The notes under the pieces were generated by a model, which saw only the letters and a list, made by a program, of their open reading frames with translations, ran no database searches and was not told the DNA's origin. DNA of 64,000 nt from Moniliella sp. 'wahieum' (lineage: Eukaryota), in contig RSEE01000018.1 in the NCBI GenBank assembly GCA_003971905.1, positions 682,001 through 746,000 on the forward strand, read 5' to 3'. Position numbers and translations under genes: made by a program. This document shows, one piece after another, positions 25,659 through 37,914 of this stretch (position 1 is its first letter; the number at the start of each line of letters is the position of its first letter).

Positions 25659-26967
25659 TCTCGTTCGATCCCCCGGCGCCATAATGTTGCTATCCGCCTT
25701 GATGTGTTATGTACGAACCGCAGTAACCGCTATGCCTTCCTCTTGTCTTGCTCGCTGGGCTTGGGCGGCCGGCCCCTGTGCTGAGAAGGTTGGGCGTCTC
25801 CCTCCAGTTGGCTTGCTTGTCATGCTCACGTTTAACTGCCTCACTCGTTCCCGCGTTTCTTCCCCGCTGCCTTTGTGGACCTTTACCCCCACCGTCACCG
25901 CCGCTGTTCTCACCCGGAGGTCTCCTCCCCCCGCCGCCTTTTCCCCCGCCAATTGTGCTTCCCCTCACAGTGCGCCATCGGTACCAGGGTTACTTTTTCT
26001 TGATGATGTGTCTGCCGTCTCCTCCTTCTGTCTTCCTGATCTCGATCAACGTGAGGGAAGTTGCCTGTCACATTGTTCCTCCCCCCCTTGCCTGATGCAC
26101 TGTAGTGCATCACCCCCCTCACCTCTCGTACGGGGGTTCAGGCACTGAAAATATGATCGATTCAATATTCACCCCTCTTGTTGATGCAGAATCAAGGAAA
26201 GAGGGCACGCGTCAAGGTCCAGATCTTGCTTCGGAACGTTGTCTGGCAGCTTGAGACGCAGTCTATCCTGATGAACCCGTTTGTCTCGCTTCCACAACAC
26301 ACACGTGACCAGACAACTTAGGGTCAGCCAGAGAGACTGAGGCTGGTGCCTCCACTACATTGAAGGAGCCCCCCACCGAGGTGCGCATGCGCCTCGTCGC
26401 CAATAGCTTCAAGTGCTGTTGCCTGCCCATCATGCTCTTCTGTCTTCCTTGCTTGGATCCATCTCGTGTGAGCATATGAGTTTGCGATCTACCGGCGTAA
26501 GTTATTGGTCCAACTGAAATTTAATGGCCAGCGCATGGATCTGGTTATTGACTGCGCTATGGATATTGCCACAGCACTCTGGGCGGGGCGCAGAGAGGGT
26601 CGAAGGAGGATCTAATATCTATGCGAGCTGGGCGGCGGGGGAGAGGCTGCCCCCGCCTGTCCTGTTCGGGCAGGTACAGCAAGCACACTTTTAGTGCCGA
26701 GCGGGCGTAGCGCTGAGCCTCTGCGCGTACCTTACCTGCTCCCTCGCACTCTGTCCCAGCCCCTCTCGACGCCCCCCCCCCACGCCTCACCTCACCGTTG
26801 GAGTTCAACCGGCATTCCAGTCCAACAACCACCCAGAGCCACAACCAGTGCCAGAGCCTGTCCACCTCCCACCACCACCACTTCCTCCACTCTTCTTCTG
26901 TTCCCTTGCCCCCTTTCGTTGTCACACCCCGCTGCCGCCGCCTCCATCGTTTCGTCTGCGACGCATC

Positions 26968-28113
26968 ATGAGCTCATTTACGCAGTGGTCTGGAAAGATG
27001 ACCTCGGGCGGAGGCATCATGGGCGGCCAGCCAAGCTATTCGGGCGAGTTGGATGAGAAAGGCCGGCCGATGGAAGAGTCAGACGGCTCACTGTCCTCTC
27101 CTTTGGACCGCCCTTCCAGCTCGTCCCGCCGAGGCCTCAGTTGGCTTCGCATTGGCCCCACCTCCTATGCCTCTGATGTACGTCGTTTGCCCCTTGTCTC
27201 AATCCGTGCAGCATGCTGATTTGGTGGCGTCTTGGATTAGGAACTGCCCCCGCCGAGCTGTGGACCTTGGTTGCCAAATCACACTTTCCTTTATCCTGCT
27301 CATCTGTGCAGCGGCGCTCGTTGGGTTTCAGACCAAGTGGCTCGGCCACCCCAGCGGCTTGAGTGGGTTTCTACTGTTTGTCTCGCTGTTTAGCTTGGTG
27401 CTGAGCGGCATCTTGCTAGGTCTGCCCCTGCTGGCCGTTCGCAAGCCTGCGCATTCCAAAGCTGCCCGCTTCCTGCGCGAATGCCGCGCCGGCAGCATCT
27501 TGCGTGGCGTCCCGTTGGCATTCACATTTTTTGCCGCTATGGCCCAGGCCATCTCGACGGGCGTGGCCAAAGGATGCAAGAACCATGCTGCCGACACGGG
27601 GGTACTGAAAAAGGGGATGGACAAGAAGCGTACCAACGTGCGCTGGGTAGCTTTTGTGCGTCCAAAGTTGCCGCTGCCATCTTTGTGTGGTTTTGCTCGC
27701 TGCGTCAACCGGGTCACTGGTCCTGTTCTTGCTTGCCTACCGCGCCGATCGGTCTGGCGGACAGCACCGTCCGCCCGCCAGGCCGCCGCTGGGATCGATG
27801 GCCACGTAGCGGAGGAAGGGTACTACGGGCATGAGGAGCACGATGTGGAGCGACCCTGGGTGCAGAGCCCCACTTTTTGCCTGCTTCAGCTTCGACCCAG
27901 CGCCGGTACGATGCCTACGACCCAGGTCGCGAGGAGGAAGAGGAGGATCAGGATCGTGGATTCGACCAAGATGCGTATGAGTTCAAGTACGAACCCCAGA
28001 GTGAGATGGACGAGTATGCGTACTATGCCTCGCGCTATGGCCAGGACACCCAGGGCGCCGGGAACCAGTCGTTTGACTATGGCGCCTACGCTGCCTCGCC
28101 TCGGTTCCGTTGA
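26968..28113 (+). CDS. Multi-pass membrane protein (MARVEL-like, about 4 TM) with acidic/Tyr-rich C-tail
   Basis: Hydrophobic segments ITLSFILLICAAALVGFQ, LSGFLLFVSLFSLVLSGILLGLPLL, VPLAFTFFAAMAQAIS, and FCASKVAAAIFVWF after a frameshift. Confidence 0.6.
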
Positions 28114-28729
28114 CCGTACAGGGCGATTTCATTCGGCCGTGGCAGCACCCCACTTACGCCCTTGCTTTACCTGCAGGGGCTTCGTGCCCTGCGGGCGAGG
28201 GGGGTGCTGCAATGGTGGGCCATGCACTTGTGGCCCGTGTATAGTTAATTCGTCCGTTCGTTGAGCTCATGTACTAGTCATGTTCCTTTTGTTCCTCCTA
28301 ATCGACATTCGCTTCCGATTCGCATTTACCGCGAAAGGAGAGAGGGAAATGTAGAGTATATCTTCGCAGGTGTAGTAACAGGGTACATAGGAGTGCCAAC
28401 ACCCGCCAAGTACCTAGACTGCCCTACCCTCGACCCAGCCATTCTCTACTGCAGTGAGAGACACGACACAGGCAGTAAGTGTAGGTTTAGCAAACGGTCT
28501 CCTCCACCGTTTCGCAATCCAAACGGACCATCCAACCGAGGGAGCAAAAGACCAAGGGAGAACCTTGGGCAAGTCGTTGGCCACGCAGGCAGGAGGAAGG
28601 CAGCGAAGATCAACGTAGATCTCCAGAGGGCAGTGGGCATCAGGGATCAATCGCCATGGGAACTACATCACTGTCAACAGGTTCGGGGCTGGGTGCAGAA
28701 GAGGCACATTGAAAGCCAGGGATCATGGA

Positions 28730-31629
28730 TCATGCTGCATGAAGGGGAAGGGAATCAGGACAAAGATATGATATGACGGCACGAGGCATCACGCCGCCGG
28801 CCGGCAGGGCGTAGGCGGGACCTCTAAGAACAAAAGGGGGAGCAAAATGGAGAGCAAAAGGGAGTGCGTGATGGACACGGCGAAGGGAATTCAAGGAAAT
28901 GTGGCGAGGGAGGCGGAACGGGTCATGCTGCCGCTGTGGCAGGGGCCGAGTACCTGGCGCAGCGGCGGGTGGAGAAACAGAGACGGTGGAATGATGAATG
29001 CAAGCGCGCTTGGAAGCAGGAGGCGCGTCCAATGTGGATGTGGGGTAGATTGATGGGTGGACCTTGGTTGGGGGGGAGAGATGAGGAGGGAGGCAGAGAG
29101 CTAAGGCCGGCAAAAGTGTACGTTGTTTGGCCTGCTTTCCCTCCGCCTTCGTAGGACTCGTCAGACCTCTTGTGTTTCTGAGAAGACCGTCTTCTCCAGA
29201 GCAAAGAAGCATGGGTGCCTGAGGCACCTCTTCCGGTGGATCCGGGAACTCCTCCTCTTCGTCCTCCTCCTCTCTGTTACCCGCCGTCCTGGGATGAGGG
29301 AAGTCGGATAAATTGGGACAGAGAACTGATGTACCTGGGATGGCATCTTCTGCCCTGACCGTGGAGGTGGTGCTTGGGGGAGGGAAGAATCCACTGGAAC
29401 AGGCGAAAGGGCGGAACACATTTTGGTCGTCCGTGGGGTTGTGGATGGTCCGTATCCGGTTCGAGAGGAGGATAGGCAGAAACCTCCCCGGTCCGCCGGT
29501 AGTGTTGACCGAGGTGGCCAATGCCGACATGATGGTAAGCTCTGGTAACGAAGACGGAGATGGGTTCAGCTCGGGTTGCTTCGGTAGTTCGGTACATGCT
29601 TGTACCACGGTCTCTGGTGACACTGAGTCATCTTCATCGTCTCCAGTCATCAGTAAATCAAAGTCGAAAATATCGTCTCCTTCACATGAACAGATCCCGG
29701 CCCCGTTCCAGGCCGACTGGGCACCGCAAAATCCACAAACTGTGCCTGGACTGCCCGATGGGACAGTGTCAGCTGGATGCTTCGGAGTCGAGACGGCGGA
29801 TTTGGACTCGGGGTACTGTTCCGGCAAAAAAGGGGGGGCGCACGGCTGGGAAAGTCCGGGTCCCGTTGCCGAGAAAGGGAAGCTGGGAATGCTATTTCGA
29901 CCTACTACAATAGGCGATTGCATCAGTCCCACCCCGCTCGGTCCTGGGCCCATTGACACTGCCCGCGCCGGAACGGGCGCATAGGCCGGAGATGATACCA
30001 CGTTGTCGCTCCGTACGCAGCCGGGAGAGGCAGAAAGAGTGCATCTGCCCGGTGCGGCAAACGTCATAGCACGCCTCCACGGACCATGAGACGGTCGTCG
30101 TGTCCTAGAGTCGGACGGTCCATATTCGTCTTTGCTACCACTGCCGAGATCGGAGGGCAGGCGACTCTCGTTCCGCCCGTCATTACTTATGCCAGGCGGG
30201 TTGGCAAGGCCCGGCGCGGGAGCATGCGCTAGCCAGGGCGGCAAAGGCAAGCCAGCGGCATGAGCAGCGACAGCCATGGCATACATAGACGCTGCGGTCC
30301 CAGGCAGGCCCATCGAAAGGGAAGTAAGGGGCGGTAAGGCCAAGGGTCCGAGCGGATGCGAGCAAGAGAAATCAGGAGGCATGACGAATGAAGGGAACCC
30401 CTGTCCGATCGACGACGGAGATGCTTGCCTTTGTTCCCCACCGGAAACGAGGGTTGTGACCGACGTATGTGGAGACGAGCTGCTACGAGTTCGATCCGAG
30501 CTGTTCGGATCACTTGGGCTCTCGTTTCCGCCTGCTGGAGGCGATCCTTCTTCCTCCTCCTTAATCCAGGCTGAATGAGGGGGGAAATTGGCTAGACAAG
30601 GTACGCCACCACCTCCCGGGGCCAAGCCCAGTCCCACCAGGGGCAACGAAGCCAGTCCACCCAGACCGAGAGGCAACATTCCAGGCGGAGGAGTCATGGC
30701 CGCATTCCATCCCGCGGCGGCAGCAGCAGCTGCCGCCGAAGCAGCCATAGCATTATTGGGGACTCCTACCTCTGTAGGCATGGAGGCAGATCTTCCACTT
30801 GTGACCGTTTCATTGACCGAGGCAGCAGGAGTTGTGGGAGATTGGGCCGAGGAGGGGTAAGTTGGGAGAGACCCATTGACTTGTGATGGAATGGTCTCCG
30901 TTCCTGAGCCGGCCGTTTGGCAAGGGGAGAAGGGAAGAGTGTCACGAGGGGCCAATTCGTGGCCCGGGGGGGACGTGGAAGAGGGAGAACCAGGGTCCGA
31001 AAGAGGAGCTGCACTACCTGCTGAGGGTGGGAGGACAGTGTCGGTAGGTGTCAGGCCAGGCGAAGGCGAAGAAGGATTGGGAAGGTTATGAATCCCACGT
31101 ATCGTATCGTTGTCTTCCTTTAGACGGCCATTGTCGGCGATAAGATTATCAATGTGGGCACGGAGCACGACAAACTGAGCCTCGTATGTCTTGACCTGCG
31201 TTTCGAGTTGGCGGAGATGGCTTGCTGGCGCTCACGATAGGCGCGTTGCGATGCCCTGTTCTGAGCCGCACGCTTCGTCGCCGGCACATCCTCCACACGC
31301 TTCCGACCAGGTTTGTTGCGCCGCTTGGCGGGTGGGGCGGCTGGGGTGCTGGCTGCGCCAGCCGCGCCCGCGCTGCTGCCAATGCCAAATACTGCGCCAT
31401 TGACGAGAAGTGGCGGAGATGCGGCGCCAGGTGGGGGCGCGGCACCAAAACAGGCGACGGGCGCAGCAGCAGCACCGTTGGGCTGGGATTGGGATATTGG
31501 CATTGGCAGTGGTGATGCATCGGCGGGGCGCACTGAGGCCGGGTGGAGGTGTGGGGGAAGAGCGGAGGGGGGCGTTGGGGCATACGCAGCAGCTGGAGCA
31601 CGGGTGAACCCGCTCGCTGCGCTGGACAT
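28730..31629 (-). CDS. Yap/HapX-like bZIP transcription factor with a CGFC cysteine motif
   Basis: NKPGRKRVEDVPATKRAAQNRASQRAYRERQQ basic region, zipper LRAHIDNLIADNGRLKEDN (frameshift between them), and CGFCGAQSAWNGAGICSC. C-terminus uncertain. Confidence 0.8.
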
Positions 31630-33080
31630 GGCAGCAGAGCGGGGCAGGGCGCCACAGGACAGAGCAGAGCTCGGCAAGCGCAGTGCGAGGGGAGTGTTGC
31701 TGCAGCCAATGGGATGGTGGAGCTGGAAGCTGGACCGTGGGCGGCGTTGCACGTTGATGTTGACGTTGACGGGAAGGGGGAGCTGAGCCTCGGCGAGGTT
31801 ACAGTTCCCGTTAGCGGATAGGCACGCAGGCGACTTTTCGTATAGGCGTGTCTTTTTTTCGTCCCGCAGGCTGCTGCGCTCAAGCCATGAGGCTCTCTCA
31901 GGCGTCGCAGCAACCCACGGCCAAGGGACCGAGCGGATCTGAAAACGACGAATTGATTGTCCGCATGATGTGTGATGTGCAGTGTGTGACATGTGATGCA
32001 TGGCCGGGTGACCCACCCCTTGGCACGGCGCCCGTGTCGGCTGGCGGTGGCCAGAGCGGGCAGCCACCGCGTGCGGGCGCAGACATGTCTTGCAGGCCAC
32101 AGCGCACCCTGGGCGACCCACGCACCCCACCAGCCATGTCCCGCCTCTCGCCTCCGCACCCGCTCAGATCCCAACCCTCCGGCCTTCAGTACCCGCAGTG
32201 TGCCTGTGCGTGGGCGTGCCGTGGCGCACAGGGCAACGTGGCAGCGCGTGCGGCTCGCGCCCCTGGACCGCCCCCGTGCGGCCGCCACTCGGCAAGCCAG
32301 ACTGAGGCTCAGGCTCAGCGCTGGCGCTCAGCCGCTCAGCAGCACGCTGCGTGCTGCGTCCCGCGGCCTGGCCGGCTTTTGCATCGAGCATCCCCAAGCT
32401 TTTTTTCCCTTGCCGGCGCCCGGCTGCCCCAGTGCGCCGCCAATGCCGCCGGCTGCAACCAATTCACAGCGCAGTCCGTGGGAGACTTCCCCCAGCCTCC
32501 CAGCCTCCCCCCGCTCCCGCCCCCGACTTGCCCCGACCAGGGGATATACCCCAGATCAGTTGCATAGCATATCCCACCACCGCTTCCGGGTACCAGTTGC
32601 CGGTGCCCGACTCTCCCTGTCTTTCCCCTTTTGCCCTGCCTCTCGGACCCCCAGCTCAGCGCCGGCCTCTGACCCGGTATCTATCACTTCTCACTGCCTT
32701 TCTGCATCACACCATCACGATCAACATGGACGGAGACAGACAGGCAAAAGCATCAACGATCCAGGACGTCTGTCCCTTTTCGTCTTGGCAACTATACCAA
32801 CGCAGTACAGACCCGAGGGGTGGTTACTGGTTAGGCTTAGGCAAGTCTGCAAAATATACGTCGGGCCACCAAGGAGTGCCCACATCGAAAGGCTGTTGGT
32901 AGGAAACAACGAAAAGCCACCCTCCCCGTGCGTCCACAGAAGTGTCAAGTCGCAAAGGAGAAAAGTCACTACTAGTCATTTCGCAACGGGCGTATTATTT
33001 GTGTTGCAGTTTCTCTCGCTCCTTGGTTGCCGGTCCAACCCGGAAGGCAAGAATAAGGTCCTCCCCCGCACTCCGACACT

Positions 33081-33107
33081 TCAAGCTTCAAGCTTCAAGC
33101 TTCAAGC
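33081..33107. repeat. (TCAAGCT)x~4 palindromic heptamer array
   Basis: tcaagcttcaagcttcaagcttcaagc. Confidence 0.9.
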
Positions 33108-34312
33108 ATCCCTTGAGCGCTTGAGCTTCACCTGCTTCAGCCCATCGAGCTTCACCCGCTTTTCACCCGCCCCCCATACATGCAAAAACAGACATTCTGA
33201 GATCTCACAATTGAAATCATTGAGTTGAGAGGAAAGCCACACATTTGTGGGTGCCTCTTACGCGTTGGGCTTCTCCGTGGCCCAGACGGCCTCTTCCGCG
33301 GCACACATGCACATGTGCTGCGTTCCTTGCCCGTCTGCGCCATGCGGCATGACACAAATCGCCACTCAAAACAAGTGGGACGGAGAAGCTTTGAGCTTTG
33401 GTGGCCATCGATTCATCGATTGCTTCGAGAGTGCACGCGTTCTCCCTGTGCTTATGCCGGTGGAGTTTTTGTCAATCGATCGATATAACAGGCCTGACAG
33501 TGGGCGGGAGCGCGGGAGCGTGTGAAGCGAAGAATCGAGCGGAGATAGGGGGGCCGGATGCCCGCCGGCATCGACCATGGTGCATGGGAGGAGAGGCCGG
33601 AGGGCCGGCGCACGGAGCGGAAACAAAGAGGTGCCGCCCAGGAAGAGCCGATATCACCCCCATATCACATGCCGTAACAGGTCGCGGGCCGTATTGCATC
33701 ACCAATGGGTCACGCCTCTGTCACCCCTTGGGGGCAGAAGCCGGCAGAGGCGGACGGCGATTGAAATTTTGGAGAGTGGAATTGAATATTGACCGGTACC
33801 ACTGTACTCGAGACGGGCGGCGTACGGGCAGTGTCGGCTGCTCGAGCATGGCGTCATTGGCGGAGGAATCTGGAAACGTTCGGGTGTGCGTGACATGTGA
33901 CAGGTGACGGTCTACGGCGGGTATTGTCTGATGCAGAGAAGGCCGCTGGCGACCTACACTGGATCTAGTTCACCCGATGTCTTGAGTGCTGCCGTGCCCG
34001 CTGCGGGACCGAGCGCTTCCGGCTTGCTGCGCCAGCTGGGGGCGGTCGAGGCCCACAGCCACACCAACCGATGGCCAAGGTGCGTCGTCGATGCGTTGAA
34101 GTGACGAGCGGGTGACTTGGCCAGCGCTGGCTGCTCCTGCTTTTGATTGCGAAGCGCCAAGCGCCAAGCAGTGCCTCCCATCCCATCCCCTCCAACCTCC
34201 CGCACGCCACATCTCCCCCCTTCCCTTTGTCCTGTCCGCCGTTATCGCCTGTCAACGCCTCTGCTCCCCCACAGCCATTCATCTCCCGCATTCTTGGTTC
34301 ATTCGTCGCATC

Positions 34313-34794
34313 ATGGCCACTGGCGCCCACTCGTCACGTTTCCAAGCTTTCCTCAACCATCCCGCCGGGCCCAAGACCGTGTTCTTCTGGGCCCCGCTCT
34401 TCAAATGGGCCCTCGTTGTGGCAGGGATCCAAGATCTCTCCCCCGGCAGAGAAGTTGTCCGTCAGCCAGAATGCCGCCCTGGCCGCCACAGGGTTGATCT
34501 GGGTTCGGTACGTGAATTGACCCCATCCTCGGCCTCCTCGCCCGTCTGCCTTTTCCCATCTGCCTTTGCCCACCTGCCTTTTCCCGTCTGTCTTTTCCCG
34601 TTTTCTCAAGTCAACTGACCTGGATGAGGAACGCAGATACTCTCTGATTATTACACCTGTTAACTACTCTCTGGCTGCCGTCAACCTATTTGTGGGTGCT
34701 ACAGGGCTGGCTCAACTGTCCCGGATCTATGACTACCGCCGGAAGCACCCCGTCCAAGCCGCCCTTGCCGACAAGGAGGACAGCCGCCAAGTGA
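34313..34794 (+). CDS. MPC2: Mitochondrial pyruvate carrier subunit 2
   Basis: FLNHPAGPKTVFFWAPLFKWALVVAGIQD, PAEKLSVSQNAALAATGLIWVR|YSLIITPVNYSLAAVNLFVGATGLAQLSRI; intron 34508-34636; indel near 34440. Stop position inferred. Confidence 0.93.
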
Positions 34795-35148
34795 TTCTCC
34801 CTGATGAGGCCTGTCGTTGCATGGACATCACTTGCTCTCCCGGACATTCCATGTGCATCCCCCCTTTGCCTTTGGATTGGCTCCATTCGCTCTTCACACC
34901 TGGGTCTATCCGGTGCCCCCCCCCCCCCCCCGCCCCCCCCTTCCGCTATGGAGCTATCATCTTGTCTATTCGTCCAAACCGCTTTGTTCAGTCCTTTACG
35001 AGCAGGATACTGTTGCAGATGATTATCGCGATAGGGCCATGAACTGCATACAATGTGCTCAACGGACGAAAGGGAAATGCCAAAGGGAAGACAGAAGACT
35101 GCCACTGAGAAGCGATCACATGGGCCAAACGAGGCTCAGGCCTGAGGG

Positions 35149-37295
35149 TTAATCATCTTCCTCCCCTCTCCTTCATCTGAATCCTCGATAGAACCAACAC
35201 GCCATTCACCCTCAACATCCCATCGACTGCCCCAGCCGAGGCCGACAGGTACTGGATGAAGTGCATCACGCCCTCATCGCGAAGGACAATGTTGAGTGAG
35301 TTGAACTGAGGCGTGAGGCTGAGCAGCACACCATCAAACTCCTCGTCCTCGTCTTCGTCCTCGTCATCGTCCTCATCTTCCTCGTCATCTTCCGCATTCG
35401 TGTTTTCAGCCTGGGCTTCATCGGCCACACCCGCACCCGCCTTCTTGCTTCCACTTCCGTACACGGCTGGGTCATCCTCCTCCTCAGCAGGGGCCATAAA
35501 GCATTCCCATCCACCCACAACGCCTGTCTCCCACTTGGTCCGCAATTCCTTGATCTGTTTGGCGGAAAGCGAGCCAGATGGAGTAGCCGCCTTGGCCTTT
35601 TTGGCCGCCAATCCCTGTTTCTTCTTCGAAGGCCCTCCACCAACAAGCGAGTCAGCGACATTGGGAGTCAAGCCCAAGTTGACTTGCAGCACAGCCTCCT
35701 CTTCGTCCTTCTTGGCCAACGTGTAGTCCAAACCGGGGCGGAAACGACGAGCCCAAAGCGGATAACGGGCCGCCAAAGGAATCAGTTGGGTCAAATTGGC
35801 CAACAAGGCGCGGAAAGCCGGGGAGGGGAACAAGACCCCACGCACCAATGCGATCACCTCCTCGGCTGTCTGGGGCAACTGGGCAGGCAAAGGTGGGTTT
35901 TCTCCCGCCAGCGTTTCGGGAACTTGTGAGGCGCCCTGGTCGGCCTTGGTGACCAGCGACAAGAAACGGTGGTGGTGCGGAGGGCCCTCGATCGTCCACT
36001 CGTCCGAAGTGCCCTCAGCCTTGCCAGTGCCAGTCAGATGAGGCTGAATAGTGCATGCCTCGCGCAGCTCTTGCCCCGTCTTGGTTGCACCAGCGGGCTT
36101 GTTGTCAAACCAACGGAACCATCGCGGCGGTCGAGCTCGACGAGACCTTTGGACAGAATCTTGGCCAACTCGGGACGCAAAAATTCAGCCAGGAGCAAAT
36201 TGCTCTCGTCCCAAACTGATCAAACAGCTTGCTTTGCACCTTGGGGTTAAGATAGGCCTGATTGATAAAGTAGGTGAGGAACTTGCGGTCCGCATACGAC
36301 AATTGCGCCCCGGGGACAACAGTGCTTGTCATCTCCACCTCCTCTGCACCAGCATCCTCCTGGGCCTTGGCGGGAGCAGCGTCGGGATAAGGCACAAAGG
36401 GACGGGTACGTTTTTGGCTCACCAGGCTCTCGGCCGACGAGTACTCTTTGCGCGCTTGTTCTTCTTGCGCTTCGACCTCCGAGAACCCCTCCTCATCCGG
36501 CAGGGGGCGATGGAACCAACCAGAGATACTGAGCCTCGACACTTGCGGGTGCACCACTTCCTCCACTGAATGAAAGGAGTAGCCCGGAATAACCGGGAAA
36601 AAGGCAAATTGGTTCCAGAGCGGCGGGTGGACCGCGGTCGGCACAGCTTCGGGCTCATGTGCCACACTGACCGGGTACAGCTCCAGAGCACCGCCGTACT
36701 CTGGCTTCCATTCCCGGTCTGGCAAGTAGAGGATGAAGGAGACACGCCGGGTCGAGATCACGTCGCTAATACGAGCACAGCCTAGTCAGTACTCAGTACA
36801 GCCGTACAGCCCGCCCGAGAGGGGTCCAAGAGAAGTGGACATACTCGTGATTCAAAAGGTGGCATCCATCACGGTAGTCGTTGATGCTCATGTCCTTCTT
36901 TTTTTCAGACAGAGGCCCGCACCCAGTGACACGCTGGATGAAGGAGCGGAACTCCTTGGAGAAGAGCGCATCGCGCACCTGGAACACACTCTTCAAGCGT
37001 TCTTGTTCCGCGACAGGGAGGCCATCCAAGTTGGCCAGGTCACCCGTTTGGTTCACCTTGTAAATGTCGGTCTCCTTCTCAGTGAACGAGAGTTCCTTGA
37101 CAATCTCGTCCCGCGCCGCTCGCAGTAGAGCGTCGTTAGGAGCGGGCGGACAACACTGTGCTTGTAAGGACCACTGGTAGCGCAGCCGGCTACGTAGCCT
37201 TGGGAAAGCTCGCTGTCCGCCTTGAACAGATCGGGCGAGGAGAAGCAGGCAACCACTTCGGGGCGAGGCACGAAGGATGTGGAGTTGCCAGACAT
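35149..37295 (-). CDS. TPA1: uS12 prolyl 3,4-dihydroxylase Tpa1/Ofd1 (OGFOD1)
   Basis: [77 protein letters not shown]-term [38 protein letters not shown]. Confidence 0.93.
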
Positions 37296-37732
37296 GGCGC
37301 GAGCGTGGTGGCGGAGGCCAGTAAGGCTTGGGGCCAATTTTTTTCTGTTCTCCGTTTCGCCAGATGCGGTGGCCGGGGGGTGATCGTCATTGTGCATGAC
37401 GCATGACATGCATGACACGCCTGGGGCTTGCAGCTTGCACCGGGCGTGGACCTGCGAGTGCGGGGGACATGCCAAATGAAAGTTGCAAATGCCCGTGCTC
37501 GCTTGTCGTTTCAAATTGCCAATTGCAACAATGCACCCCTGCATCGGCGCCCCGCCTGGACACGTCCCCTGTGCGGTGCCCCAACCGAAATAAGCCAACG
37601 GGGATGGTCGAAGCACTGACTATGCATCATGCATCATGCATCCTGCCCCAGCTGCATCAGATCATCAGACCCGGTGATTGAGTCACCGGTCGTGTCACCC
37701 ACCGGTCAGGCGACCGGCCGCGGGGACAGTGG

Positions 37733-37770
37733 CTAGTGACTAGTGACTAGTGACTAGTGACGCGTGACGC
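37733..37770. repeat. (TGA-CTAG)x4 array switching in register to TGA-CGCG
   Basis: ctagtgactagtgactagtgactagtgacgcgtgacgc. Confidence 0.9.
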
Positions 37771-37914
37771 ACAGGCGCTCAGCCCAGGCTGCAGGATGTC
37801 CGTGCCCACACTCACATCGCCGCGGAGCCCCCACATCCACTCCCTTCTCGCCACCACTGTCGTAGCAACCAGCGTTCTGCCCGAGGCGCATCCATCCCAC
37901 CATTTTCCATTACC

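Noticed and set aside
33081..33107. Arrays as synthetic polylinker or cloning contamination (they contain HindIII, SpeI, ClaI, NsiI, MluI and BglII sites)
   Set aside because: They are dispersed over the whole window, degrade gradually into flanking DNA and repeat single sites in tandem, unlike vector polylinkers.
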